A stretch of 64,000 nucleotides of DNA from a virus. The notes beneath the pieces are model-generated. The model worked only from the letters and a program-made list of their open reading frames with translations, made no database searches and was not told the origin of the DNA. Position numbers and translations under genes: made by a program. The stretch lies in the IMG/VR virus record IMGVR_UViG_2772190613_000004; one strand, written 5' to 3'. Below, piece by piece: positions 1-9,004 of the stretch. Positions within the stretch are counted from its first letter, which is position 1. The number at the start of each line of letters is the position of its first letter.

Positions 1-178
1 CTGCGGCAGCGGGCGATTGAGAAGGAGTCGACTCGGGCGCTTCCGCAGGTGTGGACGCGGGTGCTTCGGGTGTGGGTTTGGCTTCATCGGCTGACTTCTG
101 GCAGCCCGCCGCGGTGAAGGTGAGGGCCACGGCAGCAATGGCCGCAGGCAACAAAATGCAACGCCTCGAGACTGGCAT
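1..178 (-). CDS. host lipoprotein, 5' part (runs off the window edge)
   Basis: MPVSRRCILLPAAIAAVALTFTAAGC: signal peptide with lipobox, then a P/A/S/T-rich linker; CACAGT-N6-ATG leaderless-type -10. Confidence 0.65.
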   Translation of the reverse strand, partial: MPVSRRCILLPAAIAAVALTFTAAGCQKSADEAKPTPEAPASTPAEAPESTPSQSPAAA

Positions 179-348
179 CAAACCACTGTGCGGCAAAGCC
201 TGGCGAAATGCGCGGAAACAGCAAATTGTGCGGGCGTAAAACGCGGACTTCGTCGCATTGCCGGTGAACCGGGCCAGGTCGCTGGGCGGGGTGCCGGGGT
301 GAGACTCGGAAACTCAGTCCCAACCCAGCGCCGCAACCCTCTCACCAG

Positions 349-406
349 TGTGGCAGGTAGTGGATTCGAACCACTGTAGGCGTAAGCCGACGGATTTACA
401 GTCCGC
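349..406 (-). pseudogene. 3' half of tRNA-Tyr(GUA); att core at the left prophage junction
   Basis: Minus strand GCGGACTGTAAATCCGTCGGCTTACGCCTACAGTGGTTCGAATCCACTACCTGCCACA has the anticodon arm, variable arm and T arm; the D arm and 5' acceptor strand are missing. Confidence 0.9.
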
Positions 407-413
407 CAGATAT

Positions 414-502
414 CGTTCGGGACCGTTCGGCGTTGTCCGGTCAATACCGCCTGACCTGGGCCGATTGTCCGCAACTGTCCGGCATTGTCCGGCGCTGTTC
501 GG
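414..502 (+). repeat. 10-bp-phased YGTYCG repeats (3+4 copies) in the att arm; putative Xis/mIHF sites
   Basis: Copies start at 414, 424, 434 and 466, 476, 486, 496; CCTGACCTGGG lies between the two arrays. Confidence 0.7.
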
Positions 503-504
503 GC

Positions 505-530
505 CAGGTTGTGACAACTCCGTGACAACT
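505..530 (+). promoter_or_regulatory. putative integrase arm-type sites (GTGACAACT x2)
   Basis: Tandem repeat; CAGGTTGTGACAA is identical at 63965-63977. Confidence 0.75.
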
Positions 531-598
531 CTGCGGGCGCCGAATCTTGCCGGGGCAAACTGTCACGGCCGTCAAGACGGTGTCGTACGATTCCGCGC

Positions 599-895
599 AT
601 GCACAGGTGGTTCACAGGTGGGCTGGTCGCGGCCGGGCTCGCGGCGGCTGGCGTTGGGCTCGCAGCGCCGGCCAACGCGGGGTGTGAGACGCAGCCGTTC
701 GCGCAGTACTGCGACGGCCCGGTCCGTCCGGACGGCACCTGGGACCGGTGCTTCTCCAGTCAGCCGCAGGCCATCAACGGCCAGTACGGGCAGATCACCG
801 GGTGGGTGCCGTCGGTCGGCCGCTGCTACCCCGTCGACCCGAACGCGTGGCCACCGACGCCGATCGGTCAGCCCCAGTACCACATCTACCCATAA
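599..895 (+). CDS. secreted CDGP-motif protein
   Basis: Signal peptide ending ANA, GC...YCDGPVRPDGTWDRC motif; TACGAT-N7-ATG leaderless promoter. Confidence 0.8.
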   Translation: MHRWFTGGLVAAGLAAAGVGLAAPANAGCETQPFAQYCDGPVRPDGTWDRCFSSQPQAINGQYGQITGWVPSVGRCYPVDPNAWPPTPIGQPQYHIYP

Positions 896-906
896 TCGAG
901 GTCCCC

Positions 907-1095
907 GTGAGCACGTTCAGATTCATCGCGTCAATCATCGGGTTTGCGCTGCTGACGCTGGCCATACTCGCCGGGTTGGCGTACGCGTTCGCCCCTGCGT
1001 TCCCCGGCCCGCTGCTGTGGATCGCGGTGACACCGGGAGCCTTGTTGCTGGGCCTGACCACCACTGCCGCGCTCGACGATCCCATCGGGCTGTAG
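907..1095 (+). CDS. small two-TM membrane protein
   Basis: GAGGT RBS with GTG start; two hydrophobic stretches. Confidence 0.65.
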   Translation: MSTFRFIASIIGFALLTLAILAGLAYAFAPAFPGPLLWIAVTPGALLLGLTTTAALDDPIGL

Positions 1096-1194
1096 TCCGT
1101 CGGAGCGGTTGCGCCACGCGAGGGTGAACGCCAGCGTGACGCACGCGGTGCTGTACGCGATGCCGGCCCAGCACATCGCGTAGACCGCGGCCAT
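931..1194 (-). CDS. possible membrane peptide after lysin B (overlaps the + strand gene)
   Basis: Starts 4 nt after the lysin B stop; hydrophobic N-terminus. Confidence 0.3.
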   Translation of the reverse strand: MAAVYAMCWAGIAYSTACVTLAFTLAWRNRSDGLQPDGIVERGSGGQAQQQGSRCHRDPQQRAGERRGERVRQPGEYGQRQQRKPDD

Positions 1195-1198
1195 GGTG

Positions 1199-2086
1199 TC
1201 AGGCGGCTGCTGCTGGTGTGGCGGCTGCGATGGCGCCGAGGTGGTCGACGGCGTATTGGATTCCGGTGCGTCCGTCGGCGGTGACCAGTCGCCATTCGTA
1301 GGTGATGTGCGGGCCGGTGGGCGGGTTCTGGGCGACGAACTGCAACGCCACCGCGACGCTCTTCGCCAGGGCGCCGACGTTCAGCGGATTCGAGAGCAGC
1401 TCGAGCACCTGCTCGGCCAGGCCGCCCTTGCCGGTGAGCGCCGACAGGATCGCGGTGGCCGAGTTGATGTCGAGACCGAGCTGGATGGCCGCCATGTAGC
1501 AGGCGGTGATGTTGTCGCCCGCCTGACCGATCGGCACCGAGCCGTACATATCGCCCGGGTTGACGATGTCCACCACGGTGTCCGGGGTGTTCCTGAGGCG
1601 CTTGGCGGCGATGCCGCGGCCGCCGGAGAAGAGCAGCCCGGGTCCGCTGTGGTTCTCTTCGCGCATCGGATTGCCGAGGCTGTAGCCGCCGATGAAGTTC
1701 TGCCGCAGGTGATAGAGCCGCCCTCCCGGGGTGATGATCTCCAGCAGCACCCGCGACATCGCCTCGGCGCCCTGGGAGTAGCCGCCGAGCCCGAATGTCT
1801 GCACCGGGTGAGCCAGGATCCAGGCGATCGCCCATTCCACCGCGATGTCGACGGACTCCGCGTAGCTGGGGGCTTTCGGGTCTGGGGAGCCGATGAACCC
1901 GAACGACCACGGCGCCTGCACGGGCACCTCGAACACGGGAGCGTCGAGGGTGTCCGCTGCGCCGGCCACCACCCACGACGGATAGCCGGTGCCGGGCGCG
2001 GCCCAGGTGCCGGAGAACGTCAGGATGGCGTGCCGGACGAACTCGACGCCGCGGCGCCCGGCCAGCAGCTCCGCCATGCCGGTCAT
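1199..2086 (-). CDS. lysin B (cutinase-like alpha/beta hydrolase)
   Basis: GYSQG nucleophile motif, SGTW, GNPMR, GDMY, HITY; ATGA overlap with the upstream gene. Confidence 0.85.
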   Translation of the reverse strand: MTGMAELLAGRRGVEFVRHAILTFSGTWAAPGTGYPSWVVAGAADTLDAPVFEVPVQAPWSFGFIGSPDPKAPSYAESVDIAVEWAIAWILAHPVQTFGLGGYSQGAEAMSRVLLEIITPGGRLYHLRQNFIGGYSLGNPMREENHSGPGLLFSGGRGIAAKRLRNTPDTVVDIVNPGDMYGSVPIGQAGDNITACYMAAIQLGLDINSATAILSALTGKGGLAEQVLELLSNPLNVGALAKSVAVALQFVAQNPPTGPHITYEWRLVTADGRTGIQYAVDHLGAIAAATPAAAA

Positions 2087-2475
2087 AGCCACACCACCGC
2101 GGCGACGTTGATCAGCATGTGGAGCACGTTGTCGGCGATGATGAGCAGCCACACAGCCAGCCAGTCGGGTCGGTCTGCGCCGTGGCCAGTCGCGGTGTGC
2201 GGCGGCCGGAACGCGCTGGGGGCGAACTGATTCTTGAACCACACGACGTGCCGAGCCAGCCGATACCGGTCGATGACGGCGTGCGTGCTGATGATCACGA
2301 GCAGCGCCAGCAGCGACTGGGTGACGAACAGGAACGGGATGCCGTACGTCAGCGCGTGCGCGACTGCCGGCCACCACCGCTTGGTTTTCTCCTGGGCCAT
2401 CCAGTCGGACTGGATCAGGTAATCGCCGACCATGTGCGCCAGGCCGGCGGTCGCGATGGCCGCCGCGATGCTCAT
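2083..2475 (-). CDS. DUF3307-like membrane protein
   Basis: HMVGDYLIQSDWMAQEK, HAVID and DNVLH motifs with TM helices. Confidence 0.8.
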   Translation of the reverse strand: MSIAAAIATAGLAHMVGDYLIQSDWMAQEKTKRWWPAVAHALTYGIPFLFVTQSLLALLVIISTHAVIDRYRLARHVVWFKNQFAPSAFRPPHTATGHGADRPDWLAVWLLIIADNVLHMLINVAAVVWL

Positions 2476-2477
2476 CG

Positions 2478-4016
2478 CTACTTGGCCTTGAGCGCGTCGC
2501 TGGCCGGGCTGGTGGACTGTCCGGCGGCCTTGCGTCGGGCGATGAGGTCCTCCATCAGCTCGATCATCACGTCCCCGTGGTCCCGGACGATGCCGTCGGA
2601 AAACTCGTTGCGCCAGGCGATCTGCTCACCGATGGTGACGGTCTGCTCGTCGCTGTCGGTGTGGCCGTTCTGCCAGCTGCCGTCCGGCTGGACACGACCC
2701 CACGGGCCGCGCGCCGGGTCCTTCACGATGCTGTTGAACGGGCGAGCAAAACGTGAGAACACGAACCGCCACGGCTGCGGCCAGCCGGACCGCTTGGCGG
2801 GGTCGGACGGTGGGAACACACCGCGGGACTGGGCTTCGAGCTCTTCGGCTGCGGACATGGTGATTTCTCCTGACTGGGGTGAGGTTTCGAGGTTGAGAAG
2901 TTGGCGGAGCTGCGTGGGTGTGCCGCGGAACGCGTTGGCGTCGACCGATTTCCCGGCCACTAGGGCACGGTCGGTGAACTGCAGAATGTCGGGCGTCCGG
3001 CCGCCGTACGCGCCCCACATCGCCCAGGAGTTGCCTGGGTACAGCACCGACGCGTATCCGCTGCCCGAGACGTACTCGGAGCGGATCAGGCCCGGCACCT
3101 GCGACAGGTCCGGCTTGCCGATCGTCTCCCAGTACCAGTCGGGGATATACGACAGCGCGACCCGGACGCCGAGCTTCTCGATCTCGGCCTTGACGGCCCA
3201 GAACTGGCCGATGCCACCGGATCCGGCTTCGAAATCCAGCATCGCTGGGATGGACTTGTCGCCAAGCTGGTCGACGAACAACCGTGCCTGCGCCGCCGGA
3301 TCGTCCGGGCGGACGTAGTGGTAGCCGGCCAGGATCAGGCCGAGCCGTCGGGCGTCGTCGCGAGTCTTGGGCCAGAACGGATCCCGATAGACCGTCCCCT
3401 CGGACACCTTCGCGAACACGAAGTCGAACCCCTCGGCCTTGACGCGGTCGAGGTCCATCACGCCCTGGTGGTTCGAGATGTCGATGCCGTAGGTGACAGC
3501 GTTGGGGTCCGGTGCCACTTCGGTGCCGTCCTCGGTGATCGGGCCGGGTAGGTAGGCCCAGTCGTTCGCGTATCCGGTGTCGTAGACGCTGCGGGCACGA
3601 TCACCGGTGACGCAGCCATCGGTGCCGTTGGATTCCATTCGGACGCCGTCAACTTCGATCCACATGTGCGAGTTGGCACCGCCGCCGGGCCCGTGGTGGA
3701 TCGCGATCTTCACCGCGGCGTCGGCCGGGAAGTCGTTGGGGTGTGCGACGGTGATGGTGCCGAACGGTCCGCGGTCCCCCACCTCGATGGGGCGCCACGA
3801 TTCGGTGGTGATCCATGCGCCGGTCGCCGGGTCGAGGCGCCGCCACTGCATGGCCTCGCCGTAGATCACGCCGTTGAGCCCGTGAGCGGCCAGCGCGGAG
3901 CAGTCGCAGCCCTGCCGCACGTTGGTCTTGGACCACTCGCCGCCGTAGACGTAGTCGTTGCCGACGCGTTCCCGGAACCGGGCCTTGAGATACTCGACCG
4001 CTGCCCGTGTCGGCAT
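2478..4016 (-). CDS. lysin A (N-terminal peptidase + GH25 muramidase + C-terminal domain)
   Basis: YVYGG..DCS..HMW peptidase; GIDISNHQG, KVSEG, GYHY, LDFE and QFTD GH25 motifs. Confidence 0.9.
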   Translation of the reverse strand: MPTRAAVEYLKARFRERVGNDYVYGGEWSKTNVRQGCDCSALAAHGLNGVIYGEAMQWRRLDPATGAWITTESWRPIEVGDRGPFGTITVAHPNDFPADAAVKIAIHHGPGGGANSHMWIEVDGVRMESNGTDGCVTGDRARSVYDTGYANDWAYLPGPITEDGTEVAPDPNAVTYGIDISNHQGVMDLDRVKAEGFDFVFAKVSEGTVYRDPFWPKTRDDARRLGLILAGYHYVRPDDPAAQARLFVDQLGDKSIPAMLDFEAGSGGIGQFWAVKAEIEKLGVRVALSYIPDWYWETIGKPDLSQVPGLIRSEYVSGSGYASVLYPGNSWAMWGAYGGRTPDILQFTDRALVAGKSVDANAFRGTPTQLRQLLNLETSPQSGEITMSAAEELEAQSRGVFPPSDPAKRSGWPQPWRFVFSRFARPFNSIVKDPARGPWGRVQPDGSWQNGHTDSDEQTVTIGEQIAWRNEFSDGIVRDHGDVMIELMEDLIARRKAAGQSTSPASDALKAK

Positions 4017-4351
4017 CAGCGGCCACCGCCGAACAAGCCGCCGAGGTTGGGAAGTCTGCCGACGAATTGCTGCAGCTGGGCCACCACGGTGGTGAGTGCG
4101 CCGAGATCGGGCAGGTGACCGGCGATTATCGGTGCGAGACGACGCGCCAGGCTGTCGAGGACCTGGTCATCGAGCTGGCCGGGGATGACGTTGGTGGCCT
4201 TGTCGACGAGGGACGGCAACACCTCGGCCACCTGCTCCCGCACGAACTTGGTTGCTGAGTCGATGTCGTCGCGGTTGGCGGGGTCCTTCAACCACGCCAC
4301 CGCGGCGTCGAAGATGGCCTGGCCAAGGATGGGCATCAGTTTGGCGAGCAC
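4016..4351 (-). CDS. amphipathic helical protein heading the lysin operon
   Basis: TGATG coupling to lysin A; start placed by the late-promoter motif. Confidence 0.75.
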   Translation of the reverse strand: MLAKLMPILGQAIFDAAVAWLKDPANRDDIDSATKFVREQVAEVLPSLVDKATNVIPGQLDDQVLDSLARRLAPIIAGHLPDLGALTTVVAQLQQFVGRLPNLGGLFGGGR

Positions 4352-4384
4352 GACCACGGACGGTAAAGCCGCAGGGTGCAAGCC

Positions 4385-5092
4385 CTATCCGGCCTCAATC
4401 CAGTCGATACCCGCCGAGAACCGCCGCGGCCCCAGCAGGTCCTTGGAACCATCGACCCGGGCGCCGACGCTCTTGTAGCCGGTGCCGCTGGCGGCCGACG
4501 CGCCGGTGTCGTTCCACTCCCCCGCGAACTGGCCGTTGCGGCGCAGCGTGTGCAGGTTCCCCACCCCGGATAGGCGGATGATGTCGCCGGCGGCGAACGC
4601 GCCGCAGTCCGCAGCCATGATGGTGTCGGTGCTGGCGACGCGGCGCACGATCGCCAACTTGCTGTTCAGCAGCTCGACCCCGACACCGTGAGTGAACGCC
4701 GCATCGGAGACGCGGGCGAACACCTGGGTGCGGTGCTTGGTGCCGGTGATCGAGTCACCCGAACCCTGTGTGCCGACACGGAATTCGACGTAGTAGTCCG
4801 TGCCGGACACCTGGGCGGCGTTGAACCGGATCCGGTCGGTCTTGAGCGCCGCCGAGATCAAACCGTCGGGGACGTCCAGGCGGAGCATGCCGTTGACGAT
4901 GTTCGCGACGTAGTCATTGGCTGGGCCGTAGTGCGTCCACGTGGCACCCAGGGCGCCGTCGGCGCGGTTGAAGTCGTCCCGCACACCAGATTTCGACCAG
5001 ACCAGCGTGCTGCCCTTGTAGAGCTGCTGCACCGGCGTCGAACCGATATAGAGCCCCTGGACCGGTGCGCTGCCGATATACAGGCCGGCCAT
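4385..5092 (-). CDS. minor tail protein, putative carbohydrate-binding
   Basis: GLYIGS repeats, DDFNRAD motif, beta-rich. Confidence 0.8.
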   Translation of the reverse strand: MAGLYIGSAPVQGLYIGSTPVQQLYKGSTLVWSKSGVRDDFNRADGALGATWTHYGPANDYVANIVNGMLRLDVPDGLISAALKTDRIRFNAAQVSGTDYYVEFRVGTQGSGDSITGTKHRTQVFARVSDAAFTHGVGVELLNSKLAIVRRVASTDTIMAADCGAFAAGDIIRLSGVGNLHTLRRNGQFAGEWNDTGASAASGTGYKSVGARVDGSKDLLGPRRFSAGIDWIEAG

Positions 5093-5502
5093 CAGATCAC
5101 CGCGTACATCACGTTCGGGTTCTTGCTGGGCAACGCCCCCCAGTCCGCTGCGGTGATCGGTACGACGTCGAGTGTGATGGCGTTGCCGTCCTTGTCGTGT
5201 GCTGTGACGACCCCGGTGCCGGCCTTGTCGGCGGTGACCGCGTCGTCGTCGAGCTTCGCGGTGGTGACGGCGCCGGGCGCGAGGTTGACGGCCTCCACAC
5301 CGTCGGTGGCGATCTTCTCGGTGGTGACAGCCCCGTCGGCGAGCTTGCCAGTGGTCACGGCTTTCTCGGCCAGCTTCGCTGTGGTGACAGCCCCGTTGGT
5401 CAGCCCGGACGGTGCGACCTCTTCGATCTCCTGCTGCATCTGCGGCGACAGCCGTTCGCCAACCGGCTTTTCCGTATCGAGGTAGGGAACGAGCTTCGCC
5501 AT
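5092..5502 (-). CDS. tail fibre-like protein with 10-aa AVTTAKLA repeats
   Basis: Repeated decapeptides; C-terminal [16 protein letters not shown]. Confidence 0.8.
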   Translation of the reverse strand: MAKLVPYLDTEKPVGERLSPQMQQEIEEVAPSGLTNGAVTTAKLAEKAVTTGKLADGAVTTEKIATDGVEAVNLAPGAVTTAKLDDDAVTADKAGTGVVTAHDKDGNAITLDVVPITAADWGALPSKNPNVMYAVI

Positions 5503-5530
5503 GCCCGCAGGTTATGGGCTCAGCGTGCAG

Positions 5531-6217
5531 CTACCGCATCCCCGACATCGCTCGGGTGAACGCATCGAACGATGCTTCCACCTCCCCAGGGGTGAAGCCC
5601 TCGGGCGGCTTGACCTGCGCGCGATAGTCCTTGCCGTTCAGGCGTTCCGCCCCCTCGGGTGCCGGTGCATACAGCCGGTCCATCAGGTCCTCGCGGGCAC
5701 GGCGGTCCCGATCCTTGTCTCCCGTGCTGGCCGTGCCCTCCAGGGCGAGGGTTTCGATCTCATCGATGACGGCGTGCATGTGCGGTAATTCGCGCATCGG
5801 GTCGGCGATCCCGTCCGACCGCATCCGCTGCCGAACGGTGCGCCAGTGCGTGCCGGCCATCACCGCCAGGATGATGACGGCGACATAGGGGCGGGCGGTT
5901 CCCCACGTCGCCAACCCGCGGGCCACGAGCGTGGTCGTGTCGCCGGGGAGTTCGTCGGCCATCATGGCGGACAGCAGGCGCTCATACTCCCCGTCATCGA
6001 GGTGGTCCCGGACGAATTGGGTCAGGTAGCGGTGCCGTTCCTCCGGGGTGATCTTCGGGTTGCCTGACATTGCCAGCGCGGCCGCCGATCTCGGCATCGG
6101 TCGCCGGGCGCGCACGACACCGACGTCCGGCACATCGAGGTCCAGCACCGGGCCCGTCAGCGGCGCCAGGGCGGCGTCGCCCAGCATGTCGTCGAAACCC
6201 TCGGGCGGATCAAACAT
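5531..6217 (-). CDS. putative tail assembly chaperone, GT-like form
   Basis: N-terminal half resembles 22340-22891; followed by a C-terminal extension. Confidence 0.6.
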   Translation of the reverse strand: MFDPPEGFDDMLGDAALAPLTGPVLDLDVPDVGVVRARRPMPRSAAALAMSGNPKITPEERHRYLTQFVRDHLDDGEYERLLSAMMADELPGDTTTLVARGLATWGTARPYVAVIILAVMAGTHWRTVRQRMRSDGIADPMRELPHMHAVIDEIETLALEGTASTGDKDRDRRAREDLMDRLYAPAPEGAERLNGKDYRAQVKPPEGFTPGEVEASFDAFTRAMSGMR

Positions 6218-6227
6218 CTGGGCTGGC

Positions 6228-7538
6228 TCAGATGACGGGGGTGCCGGGCACCAGCACCGACAGGGCGATCGCGCGGCCGGACCACTGGGGTTCCTTGGTC
6301 GGGGTGAACGACCGGTCCAGCGTGGGCCGCGGCGGACTGGCCAGCGCGGCGACCGCCATGGTGGAGCCGGTGGCGTCGACGTCGGACAGCGCGGTCATGC
6401 CGGCCGGGGGTGCCTGGTTGATCGGCGCCTGCAGCGGCGTGTGAGCGATGTGGGAGGCGCACAACAGCAGTTGGCCGCGGCTGTCGATGCTGGGGCACAC
6501 GTGGCCGCCGTCGCCGCGTTCCCAGAACCTCCGGGACAGGGTGGAGGCGAATCGCCACTCGGTGAAGTCCGTGGAGGCGTCGCGCAGCACCACGAGCGTG
6601 ACGATCTCCTCGGCCAGCACGCCGGTGGTGAAGTGGTAGGAAGCCGGTTCGGCTGCCGACGCGATGCGGCCGTACACCTTCATGTGGACGTCGCCGATGC
6701 CCATCAGTCCGTCATTGCGGACGTGCAGCTCGGTCCAACCGTCTTCGGATGGGGTGATGTCGGAGGCCAGGCCGATGTTGTTCGCCACGATCGCCAACAT
6801 GGCGTCGCCCGCCGCTGTTCCGGCCGGCACATCGACGTCGGTGGGGAATGTGTTGTTGGTGGAGTGCTCCACCCCCACGACCGTGGGGATTGGACGTGAT
6901 GGCAGCGGACCGCCTGCGACGCTGGGGATTCCGAACAGGTCGATACGGGTGTCGCCGGAGATGAACAGCGACTCGGTGTTCTGGTCGCCGCCGTCGATGG
7001 TGGTGTTCTCCCAGAAGTCGGAGACGAATCGGACGGTCACGCGCGCGAAGAACGTCTCCCCCGGCGCCACTATGGGCCACCCGGGGGTCTGTGGCATCAA
7101 CGGTGCGCTCTGGCTGTTTGCGCGTACCTCGTGCACACCGAAACCAGTGCCCAATGCGAGGGTGCCGCCTTTGCCGATGTCCATGCCGCACCCGAACCGC
7201 GAGACCTCCACCATGTCGAAGCTGCTCGGTGGTGTCGCGGTGGGGCGGATGTCGATGCCGTGCGAGGTGACGAGGTAGCCGCGGGATCGGGCCTGCAACG
7301 TCACCTGCGCGCCGGCCCGGGTCACGAGGCCGTAGACGTGTTGTGGCACTGGGCTGTTGTTCGTCCACTGAATGTCGACGGTGTGCACCAGGTCTGCTTT
7401 GTTGCCGCCACCGCTCGTGTCGTAGCTGCGGGATACCGATGTGGCTGTCCGGCTGGCCAGCTGGCGGTATTGCGTCCATGGCTGCGGTTCGATCGCTTCG
7501 TCGACGATCGCGAAGTGCTCACTGTTGGCGCCGCTCAT
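6228..7538 (-). CDS. minor tail protein (paralog domain + C-terminal beta domain)
   Basis: WTNNSPVPQHV motif shared with two upstream genes; coupled. Confidence 0.8.
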   Translation of the reverse strand: MSGANSEHFAIVDEAIEPQPWTQYRQLASRTATSVSRSYDTSGGGNKADLVHTVDIQWTNNSPVPQHVYGLVTRAGAQVTLQARSRGYLVTSHGIDIRPTATPPSSFDMVEVSRFGCGMDIGKGGTLALGTGFGVHEVRANSQSAPLMPQTPGWPIVAPGETFFARVTVRFVSDFWENTTIDGGDQNTESLFISGDTRIDLFGIPSVAGGPLPSRPIPTVVGVEHSTNNTFPTDVDVPAGTAAGDAMLAIVANNIGLASDITPSEDGWTELHVRNDGLMGIGDVHMKVYGRIASAAEPASYHFTTGVLAEEIVTLVVLRDASTDFTEWRFASTLSRRFWERGDGGHVCPSIDSRGQLLLCASHIAHTPLQAPINQAPPAGMTALSDVDATGSTMAVAALASPPRPTLDRSFTPTKEPQWSGRAIALSVLVPGTPVI

Positions 7539-8134
7539 GCTGACCCCACCGGGGTGGCGAATACCAGCAGGCGGGCCCAGCGGGCGTGCGCTTCCCACCG
7601 TGACTCGAACTCGCTGGCCGACGTCCACACGCCGGGAGTCTGGACCGCGGCGAGGTAGCGGAAGTGCAGCGAATGCTTCGCCGGCAGGACGCCGATCGGC
7701 ACCCACGCCTGCGACGCGTCACCGTCGATGAACAGGCGCCCGTATTTCAGGTCCTCGGCGCGGGTCTCGGGCCGGTCGACCTGGGCGCGGCCACCGAACG
7801 CGTCCTGAACGATGCTGGGGTAGTCGGCGGTGGGGCTGACACCCTGCGCGTGCGACCAGGCGTCGTGGATCACGACGGTTCCGGGGTTCTGCGCGACGAT
7901 GCTGCGCGGTGCTCGATTGACCTGCACGGCAACGACTTGCGGGTCACCGGTGTTGTTGTACCAGTCGATGTCGCCGCTGATCATCGTCACCGGGTCGGGG
8001 GCGCGGCTGATCGTGCCGTCCTTGGTGGATTCGAGGAACCGTTCGGCGACGATGCGGGGAAACCAATGCCGCGCCATGTCGAGCCCATCGACCGTGGCCA
8101 GCATCCCCTCCATGGTGCAGGGTTTGACGGTCAT
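7535..8134 (-). CDS. minor tail protein (paralog)
   Basis: WYNNTGDPQVV..NRAPR; ATGA overlaps. Confidence 0.8.
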   Translation of the reverse strand: MTVKPCTMEGMLATVDGLDMARHWFPRIVAERFLESTKDGTISRAPDPVTMISGDIDWYNNTGDPQVVAVQVNRAPRSIVAQNPGTVVIHDAWSHAQGVSPTADYPSIVQDAFGGRAQVDRPETRAEDLKYGRLFIDGDASQAWVPIGVLPAKHSLHFRYLAAVQTPGVWTSASEFESRWEAHARWARLLVFATPVGSA

Positions 8135-8235
8135 CGCCGGCCCCTCCAGTAGCGGCCCCACGCCACGCCCCAGGACGCGACGTAAACCGCCGTCCAGACC
8201 AAGATCCCGATCAGGATGCCCACGAAGAGGTTCAT
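8131..8235 (-). CDS. 34-aa membrane peptide
   Basis: MNLFVGILIGILVWTAVYVASWGVAWGRYWRGRR; ATGA overlaps at both ends. Confidence 0.7.
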   Translation of the reverse strand: MNLFVGILIGILVWTAVYVASWGVAWGRYWRGRR

Positions 8236-8873
8236 CCGGTCACCACATTTCCTTGCTGTCCGAACGCGATCAGTTGCAGCCGAGCCCAATTCGCTTTCGC
8301 CTCATGCTTCGGGCTGTTCTTGTTCGCGTTGTCCGAGAACGGCGGAGGCGTCCACACGTAGCAGCGATACCAGGCCTTGAACGACTGGCCGGGCCCGATC
8401 GGGTACGGCACCCACTCGTCGACCATGTTGGTGTCGGTCCACATCCACTGCTGCCCCGGCTCCGGCTCGGCGACACTGTTGGTGCCGAGGTCGATCGCAG
8501 AGCCGGTCTGCCCGTTGAAGATCCCCGACGTGATCGGCGGCCCGGGTTCGGCGTCTGTCGCGTAGGTCCAGCGGTCACGGAACTGGATCGCATTCGGGTT
8601 CGACGTCAGCCAGTAGCGTGGGCCGCGCACCACGCGGATCAACACCTGCTGCTCGAGCGGAGTGTCATTGCGCCACCCAGCTTTGATGTCGATCAGCAGC
8701 TTTCCCGGCAGCGCAGTGGTCGGGTACACCTTCCCGTCGCCACCCGAATTGCCACGCACATCAGCGACGAGACGCGGCACCGCCCACGGCTGCAAACGGA
8801 GCTGGCCGGCGTCATCGGTGGTGAGGTTCTCCCCGACGCAAACGTTCGGCTCGGTGTACTCCGTGATCGCCAC
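8232..8873 (-). CDS. minor tail protein (paralog)
   Basis: WRNDTPLEQQV..VRGPR; late-promoter motif upstream. Confidence 0.8.
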   Translation of the reverse strand: MAITEYTEPNVCVGENLTTDDAGQLRLQPWAVPRLVADVRGNSGGDGKVYPTTALPGKLLIDIKAGWRNDTPLEQQVLIRVVRGPRYWLTSNPNAIQFRDRWTYATDAEPGPPITSGIFNGQTGSAIDLGTNSVAEPEPGQQWMWTDTNMVDEWVPYPIGPGQSFKAWYRCYVWTPPPFSDNANKNSPKHEAKANWARLQLIAFGQQGNVVTG

Positions 8874-8899
8874 GAGCGCGAGGTTACGGAGCCCGGGTG

Positions 8900-9004
8900 C
8901 TAGCGCTCGTGCGGTGAGCGGCTGGTCATGATGGCCATCGTGACGGTCCAGCTACCAACCAGCCCACCGAGCATGAACGCGAGAATCAGCAGGTGCCAGG
9001 GCAC
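8900..9004 (-). CDS. 34-aa membrane peptide
   Basis: MPWHLLILAFMLGGLVGSWTVTMAIMTSRSPHER; TAGTG coupling. Confidence 0.65.
   Translation of the reverse strand: MPWHLLILAFMLGGLVGSWTVTMAIMTSRSPHER

Noticed and set aside
240-348. Structured ncRNA or terminator left of att
   Set aside because: Only weak imperfect GC pairing; cannot be supported
349-406. Functional tRNA-Tyr
   Set aside because: Lacks the 5' acceptor strand and D arm; it is the att remnant
414-530. CRISPR array
   Set aside because: Repeats are 6-9 bp at 10-bp spacing with no spacers or cas genes
599-1194. ESX-secreted polymorphic toxin-immunity cassette near att
   Set aside because: No WXG100 or toxin-sized genes at either end
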